The notes: generated from the sequence alone by a model not told the origin. 64,000 nt of DNA from an uncultured Acidobacteriota bacterium (GCA_913043225.1 CAJWLU010000007.1:1-64000), one strand, 5' to 3'. Shown: positions 30,764 through 40,110, counted from the first letter of the stretch. A program made the numbers and translations.

Positions 30764-31275
30764 GACCGATCCCGTCGGCGATAGGTGCCGCTACGGCCAC
30801 CCGTCTTTCGAATCAACCGGATGTCTCCGATCACCATAGTCTTGTCCACCGCCTTCACCATGTCGTAGATAGTCAGCCCAGCGGCTGCCACCGCGGTAAG
30901 CGCCTCCATCTCCACCCCGGTCTGCGCGGTCGTCCGTGCCGTCGCCTCGATCTCGTAGCCGTCGCGACGAGGACGAAGCGCCACATCGACCGACGAGAGC
31001 GGGAGCGAATGGCACAGCGGGATCAACTCGGATGTCCGCTTGGCCGCCATGATGCCTGCCAGCCGGGCAGTCTGCAACGGATCGCCCTTGGCGATCTTGC
31101 GCGCCCGGATCAATTCGAGGGCATCGGGAGTAATGGCGATGGTGCCCCGCGCCACCGCCTCCCGGTGTGTGGCGGGTTTACGTCCGACGTCAACCATCCG
31201 CACGTCGCCCTGCTCATCAACGTGCGACAGGCGGGCGCGCGGTTTACGGGGAAGGGTTCGTTTCTTGGTCGGCAT
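30760..31275 (-). CDS. moaC: Cyclic pyranopterin monophosphate synthase MoaC
   Basis: MVDVG, LIPLCH, TGVEMEAL, YDMVKAVD, KTGGRSG. Confidence 0.96.
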   Translation of the reverse strand: MPTKKRTLPRKPRARLSHVDEQGDVRMVDVGRKPATHREAVARGTIAITPDALELIRARKIAKGDPLQTARLAGIMAAKRTSELIPLCHSLPLSSVDVALRPRRDGYEIEATARTTAQTGVEMEALTAVAAAGLTIYDMVKAVDKTMVIGDIRLIRKTGGRSGTYRRRDRS

Positions 31276-31301
31276 GATGGGTCCGAGACACTTCGTGTAA
31301 A

Positions 31302-31943
31302 TCAGCTAACCCCGGGCTCACCGCGCGCCAGATGGAACGACAGGCTCTCGAGCGACACGGTGAAGTCGACACTCTTGAGCTTCACATCCCGAGGCACCCG
31401 GAGTGACCCGGGAGAAAAGTTGAGTACCGCCTTGATGCTCGCCTCGACCACGGTGTTCACGACCGTCTGCGCTACCCCCGCCGGCACGGCAATGACCGCG
31501 ATGGTGATGCCCTCGCGGCGGGCAACCCGCTTCAGGTCCTCAATATGATGGATGCGAACCCCACTCCGCGACTCGCGGCCCACCTTGGCATCTAAGGTGT
31601 CGAACAACGCCACGATCCGGAACCCGTCCTGGCGAAACCCTGGATAGTCGGCCAACGCGAGTCCCAGGTTTCCGGCCCCGATGATGGCCACGTTTAGTCG
31701 ACGGTCGAGCCCGAGAATCTGGCGCAGTCGCTGCTTCAGGTCCTTGACGACATAGCCGACGCCGCGGACGCCAAAGTCGCCGAAACGGGAAAGATCTTTC
31801 CGGATCAGCGCCGCGTTCAGATCGAACTCGGCTGCGAGCACTTTCGAAGACACCGTCCGGACGCCGTCCGCGTCGAGCTTGTTGAGAAACCGGAGGTACA
31901 ACGACAACCGGTTCGTCGTCTGTTCCGAAACCTGCTCCGCCAT
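31302..31943 (-). CDS. rex: Redox-sensing transcriptional repressor Rex
   Basis: RLSLYLR, IRKDLS.FG.FG.RGVGY, GAGNLG, LNFSP. Confidence 0.95.
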   Translation of the reverse strand: MAEQVSEQTTNRLSLYLRFLNKLDADGVRTVSSKVLAAEFDLNAALIRKDLSRFGDFGVRGVGYVVKDLKQRLRQILGLDRRLNVAIIGAGNLGLALADYPGFRQDGFRIVALFDTLDAKVGRESRSGVRIHHIEDLKRVARREGITIAVIAVPAGVAQTVVNTVVEASIKAVLNFSPGSLRVPRDVKLKSVDFTVSLESLSFHLARGEPGVS

Positions 31944-32004
31944 CGAATCGCGACCCGATCCCTACCTCATCCGAGCGCCATCATCCGGACCCCATGCCCC
32001 CCAG

Positions 32005-32012
32005 AGTATAGT
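32005..32012. promoter_or_regulatory. Overlapping bidirectional -10 boxes (rex / Ig-like gene)
   Basis: AGTATAGT = TATACT on minus and TATAGT on plus, 7 nt before GTG 32020. Confidence 0.5.
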
Positions 32013-32019
32013 AGGCCTT

Positions 32020-33180
32020 GTGAGCAGGAGGGCACGCTCCCACCGCGGTCGCGCCGCCAGGTCCGGGACTCGGCTCACACTCGCGCTGCTGCTAATGACG
32101 ACCTTCGGCGGCGACCTCCCATCGACGCAGAGCCAGCGCATTCCAACGACACTGGCCGCCCTGGACGCCTACGCGAGCTTCTTTCACCGGAGACAGGTCG
32201 TCGTGCAAGCGGTGTCCGAAGGGGAGTTCCAGAACGTCTTCATCACCGACGGGCCACATCGAATTCGGGCGTTGAACGTGGCTCCACCGGTCGACGGCGA
32301 AACCGAACTCCTCGAGATTGACGGCACCTACTGGGACGTGGGACGGCTGCAACCGAACGACCCCCGGCTCGATCAGTACCCAATCGCCCAGCTATCACAG
32401 GAGCTGCTTGGTAAACCATGGCCGGCCAGCGGGGAGCTCCCGCTGCTGATCGCGGACGAAACCAGACGCGCGCGCCCCGCGGACACTACGACACTGCGGG
32501 CGATCGCCATCGCGCCACAGGACTACCGGGCTCAGCAGGTGACGGTCACCGGCAGATTTCGCGGACGCAACCTGTTCGGCGACCAGCCGGAGGCGCCGGG
32601 CGCAAGCCCGCACGATTTTGTCCTGCTGTCTGGGGATGCCTCGCTGTGGGTTGTTGGAAAAGAGCCGAAAGGACGCGACTTCGAGCTTGACATCATGGCT
32701 CGCGTCGACACGAGCCGATGGCTTGAAGTGACCGGCACCGTGACCGGCACCGATCAGCTGATCTCGATCGAGGCCGAGACGCTAGCGTTGGCCGAGCGCC
32801 CCAGCGCCCCAGCGCCCGTGGCCATCTCCACCGAGCGGGACGAACCGCGGCCACCGGCCGAGGTGATCTTCTCGGCGCCGACGCCTGACGATATCGACGT
32901 GCCCGTCGACAGCCTGGTTCGGGTGCAGTTCTCCCGAGACATGGACGGTGACACCTTTAGCGGGCAGGTGGCAGTGAGCTACTTGGGCGCCGACGACGAC
33001 GCGCCGCCGCTCGAATTCGAGCTGTCTTATCGTCCCCGAAACCGCGTCCTCAATATCAGCTTCGTCGAACCGTTCGAGGCCTACCGCAGCGTCGAAGTCA
33101 CCTTCAGCGACAAGATCATGACACGCGATGGCGCCACGCTGGTGCCGCACACGCTCAGCTTCTCTACCGGTGGTTCGTAG
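32020..33180 (+). CDS. Exported protein with C-terminal bacterial Ig-like (Big_5/SbsA) domain
   Basis: Signal-like N-terminus; C-terminal VIFSAP...VRVQFSRDMD...LSFSTG. Confidence 0.7.
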   Translation: MSRRARSHRGRAARSGTRLTLALLLMTTFGGDLPSTQSQRIPTTLAALDAYASFFHRRQVVVQAVSEGEFQNVFITDGPHRIRALNVAPPVDGETELLEIDGTYWDVGRLQPNDPRLDQYPIAQLSQELLGKPWPASGELPLLIADETRRARPADTTTLRAIAIAPQDYRAQQVTVTGRFRGRNLFGDQPEAPGASPHDFVLLSGDASLWVVGKEPKGRDFELDIMARVDTSRWLEVTGTVTGTDQLISIEAETLALAERPSAPAPVAISTERDEPRPPAEVIFSAPTPDDIDVPVDSLVRVQFSRDMDGDTFSGQVAVSYLGADDDAPPLEFELSYRPRNRVLNISFVEPFEAYRSVEVTFSDKIMTRDGATLVPHTLSFSTGGS

Positions 33181-33308
33181 GTCGAGAACCTGCCCTCCCG
33201 TTCCCGGCCTCAGGCCGGGCGCTCAGATATTGACCAAGGGCAGCTCTCGCCCCTGCGCGTAAGGTCGCCGCGCGAGCTTTCGCGGCAACGACCGGCAAAG
33301 TCGGCTGG

Positions 33309-34067
33309 TCAGCTTTCGTCGCGAGGACCGACAGGCCCCTTCGCTATGAGGGCTTCCATCCTTGCGCGAGTCTCTCGGGAAAGATCGTCGCGGCGTTCGA
33401 GACCATAGTCGGCCGAGGCGAGCGACTCGCCAATTCGCACGCTGATGGTCACGGAACGAATGATCGGGCTGCCCTTCCGCATCGCGTCGTGGCTGCCCAG
33501 AATCACGAGCGGGACGATCGCCGACCGCCCACGGATCGCCATTACGAATCCACCCTTCTTGAACGGTAACAGCTCGCCGGTACGGCTCCGGGTTCCCTCG
33601 GGGAACACCAGGAAGGAATTTCCCTCTCGGAGCCCCGCAGCCGCAATGTCGATCGCCTTTCGGCTCTGCTCGCGGCTCCGACGCTGAATCGGAACGAAGC
33701 CTGCAATATCGAAGACGGTGGACAACACCGGGATTCGATGAATCTCGGCTTTGTAGAGAATCCGCAGCCTAGGATGGACGGCCGCCAGCGCCATGTAGAT
33801 GATCGGCGGCTCGATGTTGCTGGCGTGATTGACGCAGTACACCGTCGCCTGTTCCCGCCTAAGTCGCTCCTGTCCCGTGACCCGGTACCGGATTCCAGCC
33901 GTCGTCAGCCCGATCCTGCACCCCTGGCGCCCAAGCCAGTACAGGAAATGCGAACGCCTGATGATGAGAGTGACCACGATACCGATTGGCGACGCTACCA
34001 GCACATAGAGCAAGACCAGCACGTAGGCGGCGATCGAACGGGCCGTGGCGACAACGGTGGACAGCAC
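33309..34067 (-). CDS. plsC: 1-acyl-sn-glycerol-3-phosphate acyltransferase
   Basis: NHASNIE (HX4D/E), FPEGTRS, FKKGGF. Confidence 0.88.
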   Translation of the reverse strand: MLSTVVATARSIAAYVLVLLYVLVASPIGIVVTLIIRRSHFLYWLGRQGCRIGLTTAGIRYRVTGQERLRREQATVYCVNHASNIEPPIIYMALAAVHPRLRILYKAEIHRIPVLSTVFDIAGFVPIQRRSREQSRKAIDIAAAGLREGNSFLVFPEGTRSRTGELLPFKKGGFVMAIRGRSAIVPLVILGSHDAMRKGSPIIRSVTISVRIGESLASADYGLERRDDLSRETRARMEALIAKGPVGPRDES

Positions 34068-34109
34068 GCGGTTCCTCGACCGAGTGGCACACTTGGGGGA
34101 TAAAACACG

Positions 34110-34139
34110 AAAAACCCGACCCGGCAGAACCGGGTCGGG
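34110..34139 (-). terminator. Intrinsic terminator downstream of carD
   Basis: Minus strand CCCGACCCGG-TTCTG-CCGGGTCGGG followed by TTTTT. Confidence 0.8.
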
Positions 34140-34166
34140 CGTGCATCATACCGCTGAGCCGGTGCG

Positions 34167-34904
34167 TTAGGAGGCGCGTGCCGTGCGTCTGGCGCTCCGG
34201 GTTGCCGTCTTCGCCTTGGCCACCTTCTTGGCCTTGGCCTTAGTCTTCGCCGCCTTAGCACGTGGCGAAGTGGTCGTCTTGGCAGACTTTACCGTTTTCG
34301 CCGTCTTGGTGGCCTTGGCCGTCTTGGCGGCCTTGGCCGTCTTGGCGGCCTTCGTGGTCTTGGTCGCCTTGGCCTTCGGTTTCGCCTTCGCGCGGGCAAT
34401 CGCCTTGGCACGATTGACGAAGCAGCGCTCGAGCGCCCTGTCGACCTTCTGGTCGATCGCCTCGGCCGTATCGCCGATGACCTCCGAAATCTCAGACACC
34501 ACCAGGAACTTAGCCCGATCGAGCATCCGCTTCTCGCGGAACGACAAGTTCTTCGATTTGGCCAAGAACGTCAGGTTCTTCAGGACATCGACAACGTCGT
34601 AGATCGACCCTGTCCGCATCTTGTCCGAGTTGTCCTTGAAGCGTCCTTTCCAGTTCTGGTGGTTATCAATCTTGCCGTTGCCGAGCAGCGTGAAGAGCTT
34701 CTTCACCTCTTGGTCGGCAATAGCTCGCCGAAGGCCCACGGCCTCGACATTGTCGACCGGCACGAGCACAATCGTGTCGCTGTCGGCCATGCGCAGCGAA
34801 TAGAACCCACACGTGGTGTCCATAATCGTGCGCGTCTCGATCCGCTCAACGACCCCGAGACCGTGATTCGGGTAAATGACCTTGTCGCCAACCTCGAATT
34901 TCAC
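34167..34904 (-). CDS. carD: CarD family RNAP-binding regulator with K/A-rich histone-H1-like tail
   Basis: FEVGDKVIYPNHGLG, GLR, NWKGRF, LSFREKRML; tail KAKATKTTKAAKTAKAAK... Confidence 0.9.
   Translation of the reverse strand: MKFEVGDKVIYPNHGLGVVERIETRTIMDTTCGFYSLRMADSDTIVLVPVDNVEAVGLRRAIADQEVKKLFTLLGNGKIDNHQNWKGRFKDNSDKMRTGSIYDVVDVLKNLTFLAKSKNLSFREKRMLDRAKFLVVSEISEVIGDTAEAIDQKVDRALERCFVNRAKAIARAKAKPKAKATKTTKAAKTAKAAKTAKATKTAKTVKSAKTTTSPRAKAAKTKAKAKKVAKAKTATRSARRTARAS
34300..34371. repeat. 4 x 18-bp imperfect tandem repeat encoding the KAAKTA tail of CarD
   Basis: gccgtcttggtggccttg / gccgtcttggcggccttg / gccgtcttggcggccttc / gtggtcttggtcgccttg. Confidence 0.85.
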
Positions 34905-35073
34905 ATTGCCCCCAGTTGGATCCAGGTTTTCCGTCCTTCAGAACCCTAAAACTATAGCGCATCATGCGTCACAGATCAACCGCAAACCTAGTAAGAATAG
35001 AGAGTTATGGGTTTTTGAATAACCAAAAAAACATCACAATCACGGGTCATGCAGGTACCTAAATTCCTGCCGT

Positions 35074-35087
35074 TGCAACCGGTTGCA
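35074..35087. promoter_or_regulatory. Perfect 14-bp palindrome, LacI-operator-like
   Basis: TGCAACCGGTTGCA in the divergent carD/methyltransferase spacer. Confidence 0.5.
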
Positions 35088-35115
35088 CGGACTTGCTCAG
35101 TCTTACGACCCAATT

Positions 35116-35133
35116 AATTACATTTATGTAATT
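35116..35133. promoter_or_regulatory. AT-rich inverted repeat, putative operator
   Basis: AATTACAT-TT-ATGTAATT. Confidence 0.5.
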
Positions 35134-35292
35134 TAATTTGCGGTCCGGGGAATCGACACCGTGGCTAGGTCATTCAACAAATAGCCAGAAGAATGCCACC
35201 GACTCGGGTACCTGAGAGGCGGGCACAGCTATAGGGCGCAAATACTGTAGAGTAGGGGCCGCGTAAGCCCCGATCGAGAGCGAGGACACCCA

Positions 35293-35883
35293 ATGCAGAG
35301 CCCTGCGACGTCACCTGCAGCATGGACGGCTGCGGCCGTGCTGCTGGCACTGGTGCTGCTGGCGCAGCCATCGTTCAACTTGGTGGCGGCCCAGGATGCG
35401 GAAAGCCTGGCGCCATACGTGCCAACCCCTCAGGAAGTGGTCAACCGGATGCTTGAGCTAGCCGAGGTCACGAGCGACGACGTGGTCTACGACCTGGGCT
35501 GCGGTGACGGCCGGATCGTGATTACGGCCGCCCTTCGCTATGGTGCCAGAGGGGTCGGCATCGACTTCGATCCCGAACGGATTGCCGAAGCGAACGCCAA
35601 TGCCGAACTGCAGGGCGTAGAGGATCTCGTCACCTTTATCCAGCAGGACGCGATGACCGCCGACGTATCGGACGCGACGGTCGTGACGCTGTACCTGCTG
35701 TCGTCGTCGAATCGGAAGCTTCGCCCTATCCTGACCCGACAACTCGCGCCCGGCTCGCGAATCGTGTCGCACGCCTTTCGCATGGGCGACTGGGACCCAG
35801 AAGAAACGGTGAACTTCCCGGACGACCGTGGCAATATGCGTACGCTTCATCTGTGGCGCACCGACGGCCGCGTACGCCCCTGA
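35293..35883 (+). CDS. Class I SAM-dependent methyltransferase with signal-peptide-like N-terminus
   Basis: PYVPTP, YDLGCGDGR, VVTLYL, RIVSH. Confidence 0.88.
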   Translation: MQSPATSPAAWTAAAVLLALVLLAQPSFNLVAAQDAESLAPYVPTPQEVVNRMLELAEVTSDDVVYDLGCGDGRIVITAALRYGARGVGIDFDPERIAEANANAELQGVEDLVTFIQQDAMTADVSDATVVTLYLLSSSNRKLRPILTRQLAPGSRIVSHAFRMGDWDPEETVNFPDDRGNMRTLHLWRTDGRVRP

Positions 35884-35934
35884 CCCGGAGCCCCCTCGAC
35901 GTGAGGCGTCGGGCGACGGGCCACCCCGCTCCGT

Positions 35935-36021
35935 GCCGGAGTGGTGAAACTGGCAGACGCGCGGGATTCAAAATCCCGTGGACTTCGGTCCGTGTGGGTT
36001 CGAACCCCACCTCCGGCACCA
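35935..36021 (+). tRNA. tRNA-Leu (anticodon CAA)
   Basis: GCCGGAG/CTCCGGC acceptor stem, anticodon arm CGGGA-TTCAAAA-TCCCG, long variable arm, GGTTCGAA T-loop, encoded CCA. Confidence 0.97.
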
Positions 36022-36130
36022 TTTTTTCTCAGCAAAAGCGGCCATCGATTAGGAGACGCGGAACTTCTGGTCACGGAGTTTCGTCTCCGCTCGGCCTCCC
36101 ACAGGCTCCCGTGGTCTTCACCCTGCCCCG

Positions 36131-36215
36131 TTGCTGCTGATCGCCATCGCCGCCTGCCAGCTTCCGGTTCGCCGTGCGACCCAGGTAGATCCGATGGTCC
36201 CCTTCGGCACCAATA
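36131..36215 (+). pseudogene. C-terminal remnant of an ADOP/MacB-type ABC permease
   Basis: LLLIAIAACQLPVRRATQVDPMV matches the 'AC.lPARRA.rVDPm.aLR' permease C-terminus; no upstream body. Confidence 0.65.
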
Positions 36216-36241
36216 GGCTTTTCCGACTACAATTCGGCGGC

Positions 36242-37621
36242 ATGAGACGACTTGGACTGGCCATTGCGGGAGTGGCCCTGCTGACAGCAGGGTGCGGCGG
36301 CAACACGACCCCGGAGGGCCAGCCGGAATCGACCGAGCCTGGCGGCGTGGCCCTGGTGGGCGGGCAGCTGATCGACGGCACCGGCGGTGCGCCGGTGGCC
36401 GACTCGGTGGTAATCGTCAGAGATGGCCGGATCGAGAGCGCTGGTCCACGGGAGACGACCCCGATACCGGACGGGGTCGAGACGGTAGACCTGGCGGGAA
36501 AGACCCTGATGCCCGGCCTCGTGAACCTCCACGTGCACTATCGCGAGGGCGGCGAGGAAATCCAGCGGCAGTTCGACGCTCAACTGCACTACGGTGTCAC
36601 AACCGCGCGCAGCATCGGCAGCGACACCCCCGAGCGCGTCGCCTTCCTGCTCGAATCAGCGGGTCGCACGAACGCCCCCCGCACCTTCACCGCAGGGCTC
36701 GGCTTCTCTCGCCCGGGTGGCTTCAACGCCGCAGGGCGAAACGCCCCGGAGACCCAAGAAGAGGCACGACAACTGGTCCGCGATCAGCTCGCGCTCGGCG
36801 TCCACTTCATCAAGATGTGGGTCAATGAGGTCGCCGAGCCAGATCGGAAGATCACCCCCGAGATTCGGAGCGCCATCATCGACGAAGCGATCGCCAACGG
36901 CGCCATCCCAGTCGCGCACATCGACGAAGAGGCGGACGGACGGCAGCTAATCGGGGCCGGGCTGACCGACTTCCTGCACAGCACCGTCCTGACCTTCGGC
37001 CCCGGATCCGGCGCGCCGATGGACGACCCCGACCCGTCGGCCGAGTTCATCCAGATGTGCCTGGAGTCTGGCGCCTACTTCACGCCGACCCTCTCCATCA
37101 TCCAGGGCAACTGGCACTTCGCCGAGAACCCCGGGCTGCTCGACGACCCGGACCTACAGGCGGCGTTCGGCACCTACAACCCGGACGCGCTGGCTGGCTG
37201 GCAGGACGAGGAACGCCGGGCGAGCGTGGTCAGCGCCGACAACTTCGAGGACCGCAAGGCGGCCTTCCGGCAGGCCCAAGACTTCGTGCGGACGATGCAC
37301 GAAGCCGGCGTCAAGGTGGCCATGGGGAACGATGCCGGCACCCCGAACGTACCGTTCGGGTGGGGCATGCACCACGAGATGGAGCTCTACGTGGAGGCTG
37401 GCCTGAGCCCGATGGAGGCGATCATCGCCGCCACCAATCTCGGCGCGAGCCAGATGCCCCCGGTCGGAGAGGCAGACTTCGGGACGCTCGAGGCGGGCAA
37501 GGTGGCAGACCTGATCGTGCTGAACGCCAACCCGCTGGCCGACATTACCAACACCCTGGACATCGACCGGGTGATGCGGCTCGGCGAGTGGGTCGACCGG
37601 TCCGCCCTAACCGCGAACTAG
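36242..37621 (+). CDS. Lipoprotein amidohydrolase (paralog A)
   Basis: LLTAGC lipobox; PGLVNLHVH, IKMW, AHIDE, LHS, GNDAG, GKVADL..NPL. Confidence 0.88.
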   Translation: MRRLGLAIAGVALLTAGCGGNTTPEGQPESTEPGGVALVGGQLIDGTGGAPVADSVVIVRDGRIESAGPRETTPIPDGVETVDLAGKTLMPGLVNLHVHYREGGEEIQRQFDAQLHYGVTTARSIGSDTPERVAFLLESAGRTNAPRTFTAGLGFSRPGGFNAAGRNAPETQEEARQLVRDQLALGVHFIKMWVNEVAEPDRKITPEIRSAIIDEAIANGAIPVAHIDEEADGRQLIGAGLTDFLHSTVLTFGPGSGAPMDDPDPSAEFIQMCLESGAYFTPTLSIIQGNWHFAENPGLLDDPDLQAAFGTYNPDALAGWQDEERRASVVSADNFEDRKAAFRQAQDFVRTMHEAGVKVAMGNDAGTPNVPFGWGMHHEMELYVEAGLSPMEAIIAATNLGASQMPPVGEADFGTLEAGKVADLIVLNANPLADITNTLDIDRVMRLGEWVDRSALTAN

Positions 37622-38610
37622 CGCCCTTCGGCTTCCTGCAAACGGGCGCCGGCCAGGATGTTGTACAGGCCGTAGTTGCCTTCGTGGCAAGCGTACTCGA
37701 AGAGCGGCATCTCGTTCTTCACCATCGGCAGGCGGTAGGTCCAGGGACGATCCCAGGCCCCAGGATCGGTCACGGTCACCTCATAGATCAGTAACCCGTC
37801 CGAGACACGGGTAAACCGCTCGATCAGGTGCAGATCGCGCGTGGTCACCCCGGCGCGGAAGCTGGTCTCGCGCAGAAAGTTGGTGGTCTCGACCACCAAG
37901 GTCTCACCCTCCCAGCGCCCACGGGAATCGCCCATCCACTGACGTACGCCATCCGGCAAGTGCGGTCGCCCGTCGAGCGGAATGATCCGTGAACTATGGA
38001 CCATCTCATTCAGGAGTAAGACGTGGTCTTCAGTCTGGGCAATCTGAACGTTTTGGTTGTAGCCGGCCGGATTCATAGGCGGCCCAGAGTTGAAGCCCAG
38101 AATGCATCGGACGGCGAACATGCCATCTCCGAGGTCATCCACCCACCCGCCCGGAGTAGGGGCGTGCCGATCGATACCTGTCCGCGAGTCGACGAGCACT
38201 TGCCGTCTGACCGCAGCCTCAGCGTGGAGCGGGGGGACTCGGCCATCCGGCGGATCGACCACAAGGGAGGTCTGATTCGTCTCGGCCACGCCGTCGCCGG
38301 TCTCGAACCAGAACTGGTTGTAGTTTCCGACGATGTCGGCCGGTTCCTGGTCGTCCCGCACCTCAAACTCGGCGAACCGAGCCGCCTCAAAGGCCGCCGC
38401 CTCCTCCTCGGTGAAGAACGCCTGATTCCCGAGCTCGGTGGGACGCTCGAACGGCGTCAAGGTCCGGAAGTCCCAGACGCCGTTCAGATCGGGCGCGCCC
38501 CAAGAGGTAGCAGGCCCGCCGCCCTCTGGAGCCTGAGCGGCGACCGGGGTCGCCAGCTCGCCCCACCAGAACCCGAGCCCAAGGATCGTCACCAACGTCC
38601 GTACATGCAC
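37618..38610 (-). CDS. Conserved secreted hypothetical protein (PDLxGVW...EYACHEGNY family), copy 1
   Basis: Signal peptide; PDLNGVW, TPFERP, TSLVVDPPDGR, GDSRGRWEGETLVVET, EYACHEGNY. Confidence 0.8.
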   Translation of the reverse strand: MHVRTLVTILGLGFWWGELATPVAAQAPEGGGPATSWGAPDLNGVWDFRTLTPFERPTELGNQAFFTEEEAAAFEAARFAEFEVRDDQEPADIVGNYNQFWFETGDGVAETNQTSLVVDPPDGRVPPLHAEAAVRRQVLVDSRTGIDRHAPTPGGWVDDLGDGMFAVRCILGFNSGPPMNPAGYNQNVQIAQTEDHVLLLNEMVHSSRIIPLDGRPHLPDGVRQWMGDSRGRWEGETLVVETTNFLRETSFRAGVTTRDLHLIERFTRVSDGLLIYEVTVTDPGAWDRPWTYRLPMVKNEMPLFEYACHEGNYGLYNILAGARLQEAEGR

Positions 38611-38611
38611 G

Positions 38612-39094
38612 TCACCCTCCCCCGACGCCTTCCGCGTCGGACTCCTCGAGCTTGGTCCACTCGACGGTACGACCGAGCAACCGGATACCCAGCCAGCCGC
38701 GCACCTTCAGTACGCCGTCCTTAAGTTCGAGATCCGCTTTGTATTGCTTCCCGTTCTCGGGGTTGTAGATCCGCCCATCCTTCCATTTCCTACCATCGAA
38801 CCGGAAATTCAGGATGAAGTCGGCCCCAAGCAATGAGCGACCTTGCAACTGCGGGTCCGGATTCTGGGCATCGATACCATCGGCCGGTGGCTCGTCGTAG
38901 AAGTGCACGAATTTCCCGTGATAGAGCCCGTCCCGCTCGTACATCTCCACGTAGGCGCCGTCACCGGTGTCCCACCGCCCAAGGATGACGGCGGGCAGCT
39001 CCGGAGAAGCCTGCGCCCAGATGGCGGCGGGCAGCAGACCGCTCGCGGCGACGGCCACAGCCAGTCCGAGCACGGCCACTCGCCTGCGCATCAC
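38612..39094 (-). CDS. DUF2147 family protein
   Basis: ILGRW, DAQNPDP, WKDGRIYNPENGKQY, LKVRGW.G..LGRT..W. Confidence 0.88.
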   Translation of the reverse strand: MMRRRVAVLGLAVAVAASGLLPAAIWAQASPELPAVILGRWDTGDGAYVEMYERDGLYHGKFVHFYDEPPADGIDAQNPDPQLQGRSLLGADFILNFRFDGRKWKDGRIYNPENGKQYKADLELKDGVLKVRGWLGIRLLGRTVEWTKLEESDAEGVGGG

Positions 39095-40110
39095 TGCCCC
39101 GCCGCCTTCTCAGCCGCCCGCGTCGAGCGCAACGAGAGCTCAGCCGCGTAGTTGCCTTCGTGACACGCATACTCGTAAATGAAGCCAGTCCCCGGGGCCG
39201 GACGCATGAAGATGCGCACCGTCCAGGGCTGGGTCCACGTCGATGGATCGTCGAGCGTGTACTCATACTGCAACCGCTCGGGTCCCACTCTCGTGAACCG
39301 CTCGATCAACCGTACGTTGTCCGATGAGCCGTTGATCCCACCGGTGAACCCGGTCGTCTCGACTACGAAGGTATCCCCCTCCCATCGACCATAGGAAACG
39401 CCAAGATCCTGTCGTACGTCGACGACCTCGCCCGCGGGCCGCACCGGAATCAGCCGGGTATCGTGCATCATTTCCATCTGGATGGCGACATGGGTCGGGG
39501 TCTGAAAAACCTGGTAGTTGCTGTTATAACCCCGACCGCTCATCGGCAACCGTCCGCCTCGACACAGCACCCCTCGGTCGAGCCGGGCCAATTCCTCGGT
39601 CACCCCGCTTGGGGGCCGGGCCAGCACCGCCTCCCGCTCGGCTCGCGCGCGCTCATTGCGAGCCACGGCCTCGGCCGTCAGCGGCGGAATGCGGCCATTG
39701 GGAGGGTCGACGATGAGCGACGTCCGATTGTCGAACCACCGCCCCTCCATCCACTGGTTGTCATAGCTCCAGAATGGCGGGCGCTGACCGTCTGGCGCGT
39801 CCGGCTCGTTCAGTGAGGCGAGCGCTGAGAGAAACACGCTATCGCCGAACACCGCGTCTCCGCCCTGAGCGGCGTAGGCGACCGCATGTGCCTCCAGCGC
39901 GGCGACCTCCTCGTCGGTCAGCGTGGTGCGCCCGCCAAGCGCCTCGGGGCGCTGCAGCGGCGTCGCCGAATCACTGGCCCAGATACCCTGAAGATCAGGC
40001 CGGCCGTCGGCGGTCCGAGGCACAGTCCACCCCTCCGGCGCCTGCGCCCAGCTCGCCGGGGCAAGGGTCACGACCACGGCCACGATCGTCAACAGACGAG
40101 TCTTCGTCAT
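39091..40110 (-). CDS. Conserved secreted hypothetical protein (EYACHEGNY family), copy 2
   Basis: GRPDLQGIW, TPLQRP, RTSLIVDPPNGR, GRWEGDTFVVET, EYACHEGNY; ATGA-coupled to DUF2147. Confidence 0.8.
   Translation of the reverse strand: MTKTRLLTIVAVVVTLAPASWAQAPEGWTVPRTADGRPDLQGIWASDSATPLQRPEALGGRTTLTDEEVAALEAHAVAYAAQGGDAVFGDSVFLSALASLNEPDAPDGQRPPFWSYDNQWMEGRWFDNRTSLIVDPPNGRIPPLTAEAVARNERARAEREAVLARPPSGVTEELARLDRGVLCRGGRLPMSGRGYNSNYQVFQTPTHVAIQMEMMHDTRLIPVRPAGEVVDVRQDLGVSYGRWEGDTFVVETTGFTGGINGSSDNVRLIERFTRVGPERLQYEYTLDDPSTWTQPWTVRIFMRPAPGTGFIYEYACHEGNYAAELSLRSTRAAEKAAGQ

Noticed and set aside
31944..32019. Rex operator upstream of rex
   Set aside because: No TTGTGAA-N4-TTCACAA-like palindrome found by eye
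34300..34371. Repeat array resembling CRISPR
   Set aside because: Contiguous in-frame coding repeats without spacers; no cas genes
35726..36022. 98-aa minus-strand ORF MVPEVGFEPT...
   Set aside because: Typical artefact of reading a tRNA antisense
36052..36088. Hairpin GGAGACG...CGTCTCC downstream of the tRNA as a riboswitch
   Set aside because: Single hairpin with no aptamer features; more likely a tRNA trailer or terminator-like structure
36131..36241. N-terminal extension of amidohydrolase A in the ORF track
   Set aside because: It is an in-frame permease remnant; the lipoprotein signal and -10 box point to ATG 36242
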